NCBI GenBank assembly: GCA_902590895.1
Contig: CACIYM010000003.1
Span: 1-61,275, forward strand
Direction: 5' to 3'
Length of the DNA stretch: 61,275 bases
Source: an uncultured Alphaproteobacteria bacterium
GTDB lineage: Bacteria > Pseudomonadota > Alphaproteobacteria > Methylaequorales > Methylaequoraceae
A program made the translations under genes and the position numbers. Shown here piece by piece: positions 27,079 through 36,941 of the stretch (position 1 is its first letter; the number at the start of each line of letters is the position of its first letter). Below the pieces are notes generated by a model, which was given only the letters and a program-made list of their open reading frames with translations, did not search any database and had not been told where the DNA came from.

Positions 27079-30000
27079 AAGAAAAGACCTAAAAAAAATA
27101 ATGATTATAGGAGCTGGCCCAATTGTAATAGGACAAGCATGTGAGTTTGATTATTCTGGAGCACAAGCTTGTAAAGCCCTCAAAGAAGAAGGATACAAAG
27201 TTATATTGGTTAATTCAAATCCTGCTACGATTATGACTGATCCTGACCTAACTTACAAAACTTATATTGAACCTCTGAATACATATTTTCTAGAAAAAAT
27301 TATTTCTAAAGAAAAACCTGATGCCTTACTTTCTACCATGGGTGGTCAAACGGCTTTAAATCTTTCAATAGAACTTCAAAAAAAAAAAATTTTATCAAAA
27401 TACAATGTTGAACTTATTGGAGCAACAAAATCTGTAATAGAAAAAGCTGAAAATAGAGAGTTATTTAAAAAATCAATGACAAAAATAGGACTTGATTCAC
27501 CGAAAGGCTTTGTTGTTAACAATTTGGAAAAAGCTTTAAAATTTCAAAAATCTTTATCTTTTCCCATTATCATTAGACCATCTTTTACACTTGGTGGTTC
27601 TGGAGGAGGGACTGCAAGAAATAGAAATGAGTTTATAAAAATTGTCAAAAAAGGAATTAATCTATCTCCAATTAATGAAATCTTAATTGAGGAATCTTTA
27701 GAGGGTTGGAAAGAATTTGAAATGGAGGTGATAAGGGATGGAAAAGACAATTGTATAATTGTTTGCTCAATAGAAAACGTTGACCCAATGGGTGTTCACA
27801 CAGGAGATTCTATTACAGTTGCTCCGTCTTTAACTTTGACAGATAAAGAATTTCAAAAAATGAGAAATCAAGCAATTCAAGTAATAAGAGAAATTGGAGT
27901 TGAAACAGGTGGTGCTAATGTACAATTTGCTGTTAATCCAAAAAATGGAAGAATGGTTGTAATTGAAATGAATCCAAGAGTCTCTAGGTCATCAGCACTT
28001 GCCTCAAAAGCTACTGGCTTCCCAATTGCGAGGATAGCAGCGAAACTTGCAATTGGGTATTCACTGGATGAGTTAAAAAATGATATTACAAAAACTACCC
28101 CTGCTTCATTTGAACCCACTATTGATTATATTGTTACAAAAATTCCAAGATTTACTTTTGAAAAGTTTAGTGATACTGAAGAAAAACTTGGTACAGCAAT
28201 GAAATCCATAGGCGAATGCATGGCAATAGGAAGAAATTTCAAGGAATCATTTCAGAAAGCAATTAGAAGTCTTGAAATAGGATTGAATGGGCTTGATTCA
28301 AACCTTCAATTAAAAAAAAAAAATACCAATTCTTTATTGGACTTATTAACACAAAATTTGCCCAACAAATTCTTAGTAATTTCAGAGTGTATTAGAAAAA
28401 AAATTTCAATTGATACAATTGTTAAAAAATCTGGTTACGATGAGTGGTTTATTAGAGAAATTGCAGGAATAGTAAAAACTGAGTCTTTAATTAAACAAAA
28501 AATGTCTGTAGATGTTTATTTAAAAGCAAAAAGCGAGGGGTTTTCTGATGAAAAAATTATTGAGTTATCAAGTTTTACAAAAAAGGGATTAAAAGTTTTT
28601 AAAGATAAAAACAAATTTAACACTTCATTTAGAAATATTGACACTTGCTCAGGGGAATTTCAGTCTTTCACTCCCTACATGTACTCATCTTGGTCAAAAA
28701 ATCAAATTTATAATTCTTTTGAAAAAGAAACCGAGGTAACAGATAAAAAAAAGGTAATAATTATTGGTGGAGGGCCAAATAGGATTGGTCAGGGTATTGA
28801 GTTCGACTATTGTTGCGTTCATTCTTCCTTTGCAATAAGAGAAATGAAAATTGAATCAATTATGATTAATTGTAACCCAGAAACAGTATCAACAGATTTT
28901 GATATTTCAGATAGACTGTATTTTGAACCATTAGATTTTGAATCAGTTGTAGAAGTTTGTAATGCGGAAAATAAAAATAATAAGTTATCTGGCGTGATTG
29001 TTCAGTTAGGTGGTCAAACACCACTAAAATTGGCTGAGAGATTGTATAGAGAAAAAATAAGAATACTTGGAACTTCTTTCAAATCGATTGATTTATGCGA
29101 GGATAGAGACAGATTTAACAGGCTAATAAAAGAACTTAAAATTCATCAACCTAAAAGCGACATAGTTTATAACCTCAAGGAAGCTAGAAGAGCGCTTAAG
29201 AAAATTGATTTTCCAATTGTAGTAAGACCATCTTATGTTTTGGGAGGTAGAGCAATGAGAATTATTAATAATGAAAGAGAATTAGGAAATTATTTTAATT
29301 CAAATTTTATAGAAAATAGTAAGGCAATCTTAATTGATCAGTTTTTAGTTGATGCAAAGGAGATTGATGTTGACGCTATTTCTGACGGAAAAGAAGTTTT
29401 TATTGCTGGAATTTTAGAGCATATTGAAGAAGCTGGAGTACATTCTGGGGATTCTGCTTGTTCTATTCCGCCACAAACAATTCCCAAAGCTATTATTGAG
29501 GAAATAAAAAGGTTAACTAATATTATTTCTATTAAATTAAAAATTATAGGGTTCATTAATATTCAATTTGCAATTAAAGATGAGAAAATTTTTGTGCTAG
29601 AGGTAAATCCTAGAGCAAGCAGAACAATCCCGTTCATTAGTAAAGCCATAGGAATTCCTTTAGCCAATGTAGCAACACAGATTATGCTCGGTAAAAAGTT
29701 AAATCAATTCAAGCTGAGCTTTGACGATACATCAAATGTATTTGTAAAAGAGTCAGTTTTTCCTTTTGACAGATTCCCAGGAGAAGATGTAATTTTAGGT
29801 CCCGAAATGAAATCAACAGGGGAGGTTATGGGGATAGACCAAAAATTTCCATTAGCTTTTTTGAAGTCTCAGATTGCTGCTGGTAATAATCTTCCTTTAT
29901 CAGGATCAGTTTTCATTTCTGTTAGAGACGAGGATAAAGAAAATATTTTGTTATTAAGTCAATTATTAAAGAACCTAAACTATAATGTTGTTGCTACTAG

Positions 30001-30295
30001 AGGAACTGCAAATTTTTTAAAAATGTTTGGTGTCAATGCACGCGTAGTAAAAAAAGTTAACGAAGGAAGTCCGCACGCCGTGGATCTAATTGAAAAAAAT
30101 AAAATTCAGTTGATTATCAACACAACCAGTGGTGTTAAGTCAATCTCTGATAGTTTTTCAATAAGAAGAAGTGCTATAAGAAGTAAAATTCCTTACTTTA
30201 CTACAATTTCGGCTGCAAAAATTGCCGTTACAGGTTTAAATTTAATAAAAAAAACTGAATTCAGTGTAAACCCACTACAAGAATTGTATAAATAA
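27071..30295 (+). CDS. carB: Carbamoyl-phosphate synthase large subunit
   Basis: Duplicated ATP-grasp halves [19 protein letters not shown] and [18 protein letters not shown], plus [18 protein letters not shown]. 1074 aa, with an 8-nt overlap with carA. Confidence 0.95.
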   Translation: MPKRKDLKKIMIIGAGPIVIGQACEFDYSGAQACKALKEEGYKVILVNSNPATIMTDPDLTYKTYIEPLNTYFLEKIISKEKPDALLSTMGGQTALNLSIELQKKKILSKYNVELIGATKSVIEKAENRELFKKSMTKIGLDSPKGFVVNNLEKALKFQKSLSFPIIIRPSFTLGGSGGGTARNRNEFIKIVKKGINLSPINEILIEESLEGWKEFEMEVIRDGKDNCIIVCSIENVDPMGVHTGDSITVAPSLTLTDKEFQKMRNQAIQVIREIGVETGGANVQFAVNPKNGRMVVIEMNPRVSRSSALASKATGFPIARIAAKLAIGYSLDELKNDITKTTPASFEPTIDYIVTKIPRFTFEKFSDTEEKLGTAMKSIGECMAIGRNFKESFQKAIRSLEIGLNGLDSNLQLKKKNTNSLLDLLTQNLPNKFLVISECIRKKISIDTIVKKSGYDEWFIREIAGIVKTESLIKQKMSVDVYLKAKSEGFSDEKIIELSSFTKKGLKVFKDKNKFNTSFRNIDTCSGEFQSFTPYMYSSWSKNQIYNSFEKETEVTDKKKVIIIGGGPNRIGQGIEFDYCCVHSSFAIREMKIESIMINCNPETVSTDFDISDRLYFEPLDFESVVEVCNAENKNNKLSGVIVQLGGQTPLKLAERLYREKIRILGTSFKSIDLCEDRDRFNRLIKELKIHQPKSDIVYNLKEARRALKKIDFPIVVRPSYVLGGRAMRIINNERELGNYFNSNFIENSKAILIDQFLVDAKEIDVDAISDGKEVFIAGILEHIEEAGVHSGDSACSIPPQTIPKAIIEEIKRLTNIISIKLKIIGFINIQFAIKDEKIFVLEVNPRASRTIPFISKAIGIPLANVATQIMLGKKLNQFKLSFDDTSNVFVKESVFPFDRFPGEDVILGPEMKSTGEVMGIDQKFPLAFLKSQIAAGNNLPLSGSVFISVRDEDKENILLLSQLLKNLNYNVVATRGTANFLKMFGVNARVVKKVNEGSPHAVDLIEKNKIQLIINTTSGVKSISDSFSIRRSAIRSKIPYFTTISAAKIAVTGLNLIKKTEFSVNPLQELYK

Positions 30296-30331
30296 TAGAA
30301 TTATCATAATTTTATATTATAATAAAACACT

Positions 30332-30808
30332 ATGACCGAAAAATTTCCTATGACCAAAGATGGGTTAGACAAGCTCAAATCCGAATTGGATACTTTAAAA
30401 AATATAGAAAGACCTAACATAATAAAAGCGATATCTGAAGCCAGAGAACATGGTGACTTATCCGAAAATGCTGAGTATCATGCTGCTAGAGAAAAACAAA
30501 GCTTCATTGAAGGAAAGATATCTGAATTAGAAAATAAGATAAGTAGAGCGGAGGTTATTGATACCTCATCTTTGGATAACTCTAGAGTTACATTTGGTGC
30601 AACAGTTCAAATAACAGACTTGAGTAATGACAAAAAACATACATATAGAATAGTGGGAGTTGATGAAGCAGATATTGAAAAAAATTTGATTTCAATTTCA
30701 GCTCCTTTGTGCAAAGCTATGATTAATAAGAATATTAATGATATTATTGAAGTCAATACCCCGAACGGTGTTAAGGAATATCAGATAAATTCAATTAACT
30801 TTTCGTAA
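30332..30808 (+). CDS. greA: Transcription elongation factor GreA
   Basis: Contains HGDLSENAEYHAAREKQ. At 158 aa, the size fits the coiled-coil plus FKBP-like architecture. Confidence 0.9.
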   Translation: MTEKFPMTKDGLDKLKSELDTLKNIERPNIIKAISEAREHGDLSENAEYHAAREKQSFIEGKISELENKISRAEVIDTSSLDNSRVTFGATVQITDLSNDKKHTYRIVGVDEADIEKNLISISAPLCKAMINKNINDIIEVNTPNGVKEYQINSINFS

Positions 30809-30810
30809 AT

Positions 30811-31752
30811 ATGAATAATGTAAAGAATGTATTGATAATTGGGTCTGGACCAGCAGGATACACAGCCGCAATTTATGCCTCTAGATCAGGCTTAAATCCT
30901 ACACTTATATCTGGCTTAGAACCCGGAGGACAGTTAACAATAACAACCGATGTTGAAAACTATCCTGGTTTTGAAAACCCAATTCAAGGCCCTTGGCTTA
31001 TGGAACAAATGAAAAAGCAAGCGGCAATTTTTGGGACCAATATTATTAATGACTTCGTAAAAAATGTAGATTTAAAAAAATTTCCATTTGTTGTCGAGAC
31101 AGAAAAAGAAATTTTCCACTCTTACTCAATTGTTATTGCAACTGGAGCTAAAGCTAAATGGTTGAATATTGAGGGTGAGAGAGAGTTTATGGGCTTTGGA
31201 GTATCTGCTTGTGCAACTTGCGATGGTTTTTTTTTCAAGAATAAAACTGTTGCAGTAGCTGGTGGTGGAAACACGGCAGTTGAAGAAGCATTATTTTTGT
31301 CAAATTTATGTAAAAAAGTTTTGATAATTCACAGAAGGGATAAATTCAGAGCAGAAAAAATATTACAAGATAGATTAATGAAGAAAGAGAATATTGAAAT
31401 TTTATGGGATCAAGAAGTTAAAAAAGTGATTGGTGATAAAGATAAGAAATGTATTTCAAGTATTGAAGTTTTAAATAATAAAACAAAAGCAAAGAAAGAT
31501 GTCAAAATAGATGGTTTTTTTGTTGCAATAGGTCACGCTCCTGCAACCTCTTTGTTCAAAACAAAACTGAAAATGGATAATGATGGGTATATAATTACTT
31601 CCCCTGATTCAACAAAGACTAATGTAGATGGTGTTTTTGCTGCTGGTGATGTAACTGATAAAATTTATAGACAAGCAGTAACTGCTGCGGGAATGGGCTG
31701 TATGAGCGCTATTGAAGCAGAGAGTTTTTTGAATTTAAAAAAAATTATTTAG
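30811..31752 (+). CDS. trxB: Thioredoxin-disulfide reductase
   Basis: Motifs seen: IIGSGPAGYTAAIYA, redox-active CATCDG, GGGNTAVEEA, AAGDV. Confidence 0.92.
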   Translation: MNNVKNVLIIGSGPAGYTAAIYASRSGLNPTLISGLEPGGQLTITTDVENYPGFENPIQGPWLMEQMKKQAAIFGTNIINDFVKNVDLKKFPFVVETEKEIFHSYSIVIATGAKAKWLNIEGEREFMGFGVSACATCDGFFFKNKTVAVAGGGNTAVEEALFLSNLCKKVLIIHRRDKFRAEKILQDRLMKKENIEILWDQEVKKVIGDKDKKCISSIEVLNNKTKAKKDVKIDGFFVAIGHAPATSLFKTKLKMDNDGYIITSPDSTKTNVDGVFAAGDVTDKIYRQAVTAAGMGCMSAIEAESFLNLKKII

Positions 31753-32650
31753 CTTTTATTCCACTTACAATTTCACTGCTTATCCTAGACTCTAAATTCA
31801 TAGAATTACCCAAATTTAGTATGGAACCAGATAACCACTCTAACTCAAGTTTTTTTTTAGATTTAAAATCCAGGTACATAGACGAAGTCATTTCATAGGG
31901 CATACTATTAATTTTTTCTATCCAGAATGCTAAGGGATCTCTTTTAAATTTAACATTAAATTTTTTTGATAATAGGAATGCTTCATTCATTGCGCCCAAA
32001 AATTTATCTTTTAAAGATTTTTTTTCAAAAATCTGTCCTATTGTTTTTTCTGTTAGTGTGGTCATACCACTGTAAGCCGATAAAAATATAAATTTCTCCC
32101 AAATCTTTTCCTTAATATTATTTTTGTAAATTATTGAAAGATTACATTTCTGAACATTTTGACAAAAACTCTCAAGAAAATCATTACTTCCTCCATCGTA
32201 TTTCCCAACAAAAAAAGTAGCCAACTTACCTACATGCTGAATCGTTTGATTTTTATCAATGTAAGCAGAAATTTGCGCTACTGCTCCAAAGGTTTTTTCT
32301 ATACCTAAAAGATTTTTAATTTTCTCCTCTGCGTATATTCCGTTTTGAAAAGGAAGTATGATGTAATCTCCAACAACTTTTTGCTTTATTTCCTTCAAAA
32401 CATTGTCAAAATCATACAACTTTACAGTTATGATTATAATGTCGAAGTGCTCACCTTTATTCAATTCGTTAATAATTTTGAGTTTTTTAAATTTTAAATT
32501 TTCAATCTTACTATTTAAAATTAAACCCTCATTTCTCATAAAGTTATATCTTTCTCCTCTAGTAACGTAAGTGATTTCATAATTTGTTTTTTCCAGAAAA
32601 CATCCTATAAACCCTCCAACACCACCAACACCGTAGACTAAAACTTTCAT
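31745..32650 (-). CDS. Ketopantoate reductase (PanE/ApbA) family oxidoreductase
   Basis: N-terminal Rossmann motif VYGVGGVGGFIG and a ~300 aa two-domain layout typical of the ApbA/PanE family. The substrate cannot be proven from sequence. Confidence 0.7.
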   Translation of the reverse strand: MKVLVYGVGGVGGFIGCFLEKTNYEITYVTRGERYNFMRNEGLILNSKIENLKFKKLKIINELNKGEHFDIIIITVKLYDFDNVLKEIKQKVVGDYIILPFQNGIYAEEKIKNLLGIEKTFGAVAQISAYIDKNQTIQHVGKLATFFVGKYDGGSNDFLESFCQNVQKCNLSIIYKNNIKEKIWEKFIFLSAYSGMTTLTEKTIGQIFEKKSLKDKFLGAMNEAFLLSKKFNVKFKRDPLAFWIEKINSMPYEMTSSMYLDFKSKKKLELEWLSGSILNLGNSMNLESRISSEIVSGIKAK

Positions 32651-33859
32651 TTATTTGATATCGAAATTTTTTAAAGCAGATGAAATTCTTTCACAAGCTT
32701 CTTTTAAGTCTTCAAATGATGTTGCATATGAAAGTCGAAAATATGGTGACTTTCCAAATGCGGCTCCAGGCACAACAGCAACTTTAGCATTATTTAACAA
32801 ATATTCAGCAAAATCTAAATCATTGGAAATAACCTGGTTATTTTTATCTTTTTGATTTATAAAACCTTCACACGAAATATATAAATAGAAAGCACCATGT
32901 GGATGGAATGGTTTGAGCCCTTTTGTTGATTGAAAAAAATCTAATAAGAAAACTCTTCTCTCCTCAAATTTTTTTATCCATCCGCCCAAAAAATCTTTGT
33001 CCTTTTCAAGGGCATGTTTAGCTGCCATTTGACTTATTGAACAAGGATTTGTTGTACTTTGTGACTGCAATTTTGCTATCGATTTAATAAAATTTCTATC
33101 CCCTGCTCCATAACCAATCCTCCAACCGGTCATGGAAAAAACTTTAGAAACACCGTTTATAATAAAGGTTCTTTCTTTCAATGCTGAATTAACATTGATT
33201 ATATTGTAAAATTTTTCAGAATTATAAAGTATGTGCTCATAAATATCGTCAGAGAGAATATGAACATGTGGATATTTTACAAGAACATCAGAAATTTTTT
33301 GCAAATTGTCTTTAGTATAAACTGCTCCAGTAGGATTGCCTGGTGAATTGATAATGAACCATTTTGTATTTTTTGTAATGTGTTTCTCTAATTCATCTGG
33401 AGTGATCTTAAAGTCATTTTCAATCCTCGTGTCAACAATTACTGGTTTACCACCACACAGACTTACAATATCTGGGTAGGAAACCCAATAGGGGGCTGGA
33501 ATAATTACCTCATCATTTAAATCTATAGTAGCCATAAAAAGATTGTAAATAACGTGTTTCCCCCCTACCCCAACCGTTACGTTATCAGTATTATATGACA
33601 AATGGTTTTCGAGAGAAAATTTATTTACAATTGCTTTTTTTAAATCCTCTATACCATCAACCTGGGTGTATTTTGTAAAACCATCATTAATAGCTTTTAC
33701 AGCATAGCCTTTGATATGTTCAGGAGTATCGAAATCTGGCTCCCCAGAACTTAAACTAATAACTTTTTCACCATCTTTAGACATCTCCCTTGCTCTTTGA
33801 GATATTTTTACTGTCAGAGATGGTTTAAATTTAGATAATCTTTTTGAAATTAAAGCCAT
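32651..33859 (-). CDS. Class I PLP-dependent (aspartate-type) aminotransferase
   Basis: Motifs seen: GEPDFDTP, NSPGNPTG, and SKVFSMTGWRIGY carrying the PLP lysine. Confidence 0.85.
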   Translation of the reverse strand: MALISKRLSKFKPSLTVKISQRAREMSKDGEKVISLSSGEPDFDTPEHIKGYAVKAINDGFTKYTQVDGIEDLKKAIVNKFSLENHLSYNTDNVTVGVGGKHVIYNLFMATIDLNDEVIIPAPYWVSYPDIVSLCGGKPVIVDTRIENDFKITPDELEKHITKNTKWFIINSPGNPTGAVYTKDNLQKISDVLVKYPHVHILSDDIYEHILYNSEKFYNIINVNSALKERTFIINGVSKVFSMTGWRIGYGAGDRNFIKSIAKLQSQSTTNPCSISQMAAKHALEKDKDFLGGWIKKFEERRVFLLDFFQSTKGLKPFHPHGAFYLYISCEGFINQKDKNNQVISNDLDFAEYLLNNAKVAVVPGAAFGKSPYFRLSYATSFEDLKEACERISSALKNFDIK

Positions 33860-33949
33860 TAAATGTGAAAAAAAATTTTTAAAACTTCAACTTAATAATT
33901 ATATATAATCTTTAATAAAAATATATTAGATTTTTTTTTTTATTATTTC
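33860..33949. promoter_or_regulatory. Divergent promoter region (aminotransferase/panE-like on -, uvrB on +)
   Basis: Gene starts diverge from this 90-nt AT-rich gap. No GTTC-N7-GTTC SOS-box-like element was seen. Confidence 0.35.
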
Positions 33950-35923
33950 ATGGAAAAATTTCAAATTCAATCCTCATACAAACCGTCTGGTGATCAACCT
34001 TCAGCAATTGAAAAAATTTGTCAAGGAATTGAAAAAGACTCTAAAGATCAAGTACTCTTGGGAGTCACTGGATCTGGTAAAACTTTTACTATTGCAAATG
34101 TAATTAATAAAATTCAAAAACCTGCGTTAGTTTTTGCTCCTAATAAAATATTAGCGGCTCAACTTTACAGCGAAATGAAGGGATTTTTTCCAGAAAATTG
34201 CGTTGAATATTTTGTTTCTTATTATGATTATTATACTCCTGAAGCATATGTTCCAAGAAGTGATACTTACATTGAAAAAGAATCTTCAATTAACGAGCAA
34301 ATTGATCGGATGAGACATTCAGCAACTAGAGCATTACTTGAGAGACCTGATACAATTGTTGTAGCAAGCGTATCCTGTATTTATGGTATTGGATCAGTCC
34401 AATCTTACTCTTCAATGACCTTCAAAATTAAAAAAGATATAAATATTGATTTAGAAGAAATTAAAAAAAGACTTGTTGAGCTTCAGTATAAAAGAAATGA
34501 TAATGTTCACACTAGGGGTACTTTTAGAAATAGAGGTGATATTCTAGAAATATTCCCCTCTCATTTGGAAGATAGATCTTGGAGAATTTCTTTCTTTGGT
34601 GACACGATTGAGTCTATTGATGAATTTGATCCTTTTTTAGGAACAATTTCAAAAAGTTTAAGTGAGATAACTATATACGCAAATAGTCATTACGTAACAC
34701 CTAAACCATCTCTTAATTTAGCAATAAAAAAAATACGAGAAGAACTAAAGGAAAGAATAAAGTACTTTGAATCTAAAAAGCTGTTTATCGAGGCTCAAAG
34801 AATTGAGCAACGAACAAATTTCGATTTAGAAATGATCGCTGCTACTGGGAGCTGCTCTGGGATTGAAAATTACTCTAGACATTTATCTGGAAGAAAAGAA
34901 GGAGAACCACCACCAACACTTTTTGAATACCTACCAAAAGATACAGTTATATTTATAGACGAATCTCATGTAACAATTCCACAAATTCGAGGAATGTTCA
35001 AAGGAGATAGGTCTAGAAAAGAAACCCTATCAACTTATGGTTTTAGATTACCGTCTTGTAAGGATAATAGACCTTTGATGTTTGAGGAATGGGAAAGGTT
35101 CAAGGGAAAAACAGTTTATGTTTCTGCAACACCAGGAGAATATGAACTTAATAAAACTGATGGGGTGTTCATAGAACAGATTGTTAGACCAACTGGATTG
35201 GTAGATCCAATTTGTGAGGTAAGAAAAGCTTCAAACCAAATAGAAGATGTTATGGAAGAGTGTAGGAAGGTTAAAGATAAAAAACTCAGAGTTTTAATAA
35301 CTACTCTTACCAAAAAAGATGCTGAAAAAATAACGGACTTTCTAAATGAAAATCAAATCAATTCCAGGTATATGCATTCAGATATCGAAACATTAGAAAG
35401 AATTGAGCTTATTAAGGATCTTAGAGTTGGAAATTATGATGTTTTGGTTGGAATTAATTTACTCAGAGAAGGCTTAGACATTCCTGAATGCGGTTTAGTT
35501 GCAATATTAGATGCTGACAAAGAGGGTTATTTGAGATCTCAGGTATCGCTTATTCAAACAATTGGAAGGGCTGCTAGAAATATTCAAGGTAGAGCTATTT
35601 TGTATGCTGATTTCAAAACGAAATCAATTGAAAACGCTCTTGAAGAGACAGCTAGACGAAGAATTAAACAAATTAATTTTAATAAAATTAATAATATCAA
35701 ACCAAAATCTACCTTCAGGAAAATTGAAGAATCAATAGAAAATGAAGAAAAAAAGAAAAAAAAATTCAAAGACACTGTAGTTGAAACAGAAAAAACTATT
35801 AACGACCTTAAAAAGGAGATGTTAGAATGTGCAGAAAACTTAAATTTTGAGGAGGCTGCGAAAATTAGAGATAAAATTAAGATTTTAGAAAAAAAAGAAT
35901 TAGGTATTAATGAAAAATTTTAA
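33950..35923 (+). CDS. uvrB: Excinuclease ABC subunit B
   Basis: Motifs seen: GVTGSGKTFT, DESHVT, and the C-terminal UVR motif NFEEAAKIRDKI. Confidence 0.95.
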   Translation: MEKFQIQSSYKPSGDQPSAIEKICQGIEKDSKDQVLLGVTGSGKTFTIANVINKIQKPALVFAPNKILAAQLYSEMKGFFPENCVEYFVSYYDYYTPEAYVPRSDTYIEKESSINEQIDRMRHSATRALLERPDTIVVASVSCIYGIGSVQSYSSMTFKIKKDINIDLEEIKKRLVELQYKRNDNVHTRGTFRNRGDILEIFPSHLEDRSWRISFFGDTIESIDEFDPFLGTISKSLSEITIYANSHYVTPKPSLNLAIKKIREELKERIKYFESKKLFIEAQRIEQRTNFDLEMIAATGSCSGIENYSRHLSGRKEGEPPPTLFEYLPKDTVIFIDESHVTIPQIRGMFKGDRSRKETLSTYGFRLPSCKDNRPLMFEEWERFKGKTVYVSATPGEYELNKTDGVFIEQIVRPTGLVDPICEVRKASNQIEDVMEECRKVKDKKLRVLITTLTKKDAEKITDFLNENQINSRYMHSDIETLERIELIKDLRVGNYDVLVGINLLREGLDIPECGLVAILDADKEGYLRSQVSLIQTIGRAARNIQGRAILYADFKTKSIENALEETARRRIKQINFNKINNIKPKSTFRKIEESIENEEKKKKKFKDTVVETEKTINDLKKEMLECAENLNFEEAAKIRDKIKILEKKELGINEKF

Positions 35924-36671
35924 AAGAGTTTTAATAACTGGTGGCGCTCAGAGAATTGGTAGTTCTATCACAAAACACTTAGCTAATAAAGGTTTTGATG
36001 TTGCTATACAATATAACAAATCACATTCTAATGTTGATAAGTTAAAAACGCTTTTAAAAACAACAAATGTTAAGTTTGAAGCTTTTCAATTCAATTTTAG
36101 AAAAGCAAAAAATTATGAAGGTTTTTTTAAAAAAATTAAAAAGGATTTTGGAAATATCGATATTTTGATTAATAACGCATCAGCCTTCGAATTTGACAGT
36201 ATAAAAAAAACTTCACACGAAATTTTTGATAACCATATTGATGTAAATTTAAAAGCTCCTTTTTTCTTATCCAAATGCTTTGTTGAAAATTATAAAAAAA
36301 AAGATGGTCTAATTATTAATATAATTGATCAAAGAGTAAAAAATATTACACCGTATTTTACATCCTACACTTTAAGTAAGTCAGCCTTGTATACGCTAAC
36401 TAAAAGTTTATCAATTTTTCTTGCTCCTAAAATAAGAGTTAATGGTGTTTCGCCTGGTCCAACTCTCAAAAGTAAGAATCAAACACCCAAGCAATTTGAA
36501 AATCAGGTACTACGAACCCCTCTTAAAAAACAGATTGGATTAGAAGAAATAAATAGTGCAATTGACTACCTGATAATAAACAAATCTGTCACAGGTGAAG
36601 TTTTAACCCTAGATTCCGGGCAAAGTTTAGGTTGGGCAAACTCTAAATCAAAAGTTTTTTCTACAGACTAA
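35910..36671 (+). CDS. Short-chain dehydrogenase/reductase, pteridine reductase/FolM-like
   Basis: Motifs seen: ITGGAQRIGSSI, NNAS, and the YTLSKSAL YxxxK catalytic motif. 14-nt overlap with uvrB. Confidence 0.75.
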   Translation: MKNFKRVLITGGAQRIGSSITKHLANKGFDVAIQYNKSHSNVDKLKTLLKTTNVKFEAFQFNFRKAKNYEGFFKKIKKDFGNIDILINNASAFEFDSIKKTSHEIFDNHIDVNLKAPFFLSKCFVENYKKKDGLIINIIDQRVKNITPYFTSYTLSKSALYTLTKSLSIFLAPKIRVNGVSPGPTLKSKNQTPKQFENQVLRTPLKKQIGLEEINSAIDYLIINKSVTGEVLTLDSGQSLGWANSKSKVFSTD

Positions 36672-36879
36672 AAATTTTAAGTTGTCAACAAATAAAAAAA
36701 AATAAAAAAAAAACACCGCAAATCCGCACATTTTTAAAATAACAAAGAATAAACTTAAGAAAAATAAAAAAAGCTCAACAAATTCAATATCTTATAAAAT
36801 TGACTAATTTTTAATCATTTTGCTAAAAAGTCACAGAAATATTATGATTAAAAACAAAACTCTAAGTTTATTAACAGTA

Positions 36880-36901
36880 TTATCCACAGAAATAGTGGAT
36901 A
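36880..36901. promoter_or_regulatory. DnaA-box-like palindrome/hairpin upstream of uvrC
   Basis: A perfect TTATCCACA sits at 36880-36888. TATCCAC and GTGGATA form a 7-bp inverted repeat with a 7-nt loop, and T6 follows 3 nt later. Confidence 0.3.
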
Positions 36902-36941
36902 GAATTTTTTGTACAATTTTTTATAATAAAAACAAGAATTT

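Noticed and set aside
36672-36941. Calling the uvrC-upstream spacer the chromosomal replication origin (oriC).
   Set aside because: There is only one perfect DnaA box plus one 2-mismatch inverted copy. I could not define a clear array of boxes or repeated AT-rich 13-mer unwinding elements. The flanking genes are co-directional rather than divergent. I cannot compute GC skew here. It is kept as one hypothesis inside a finding, not as a feature.
36672-36941. CtrA-type TTAA-N7-TTAA sites in the long spacer.
   Set aside because: I checked every TTAA in the spacer by hand, and none has a second TTAA 11 nt downstream.
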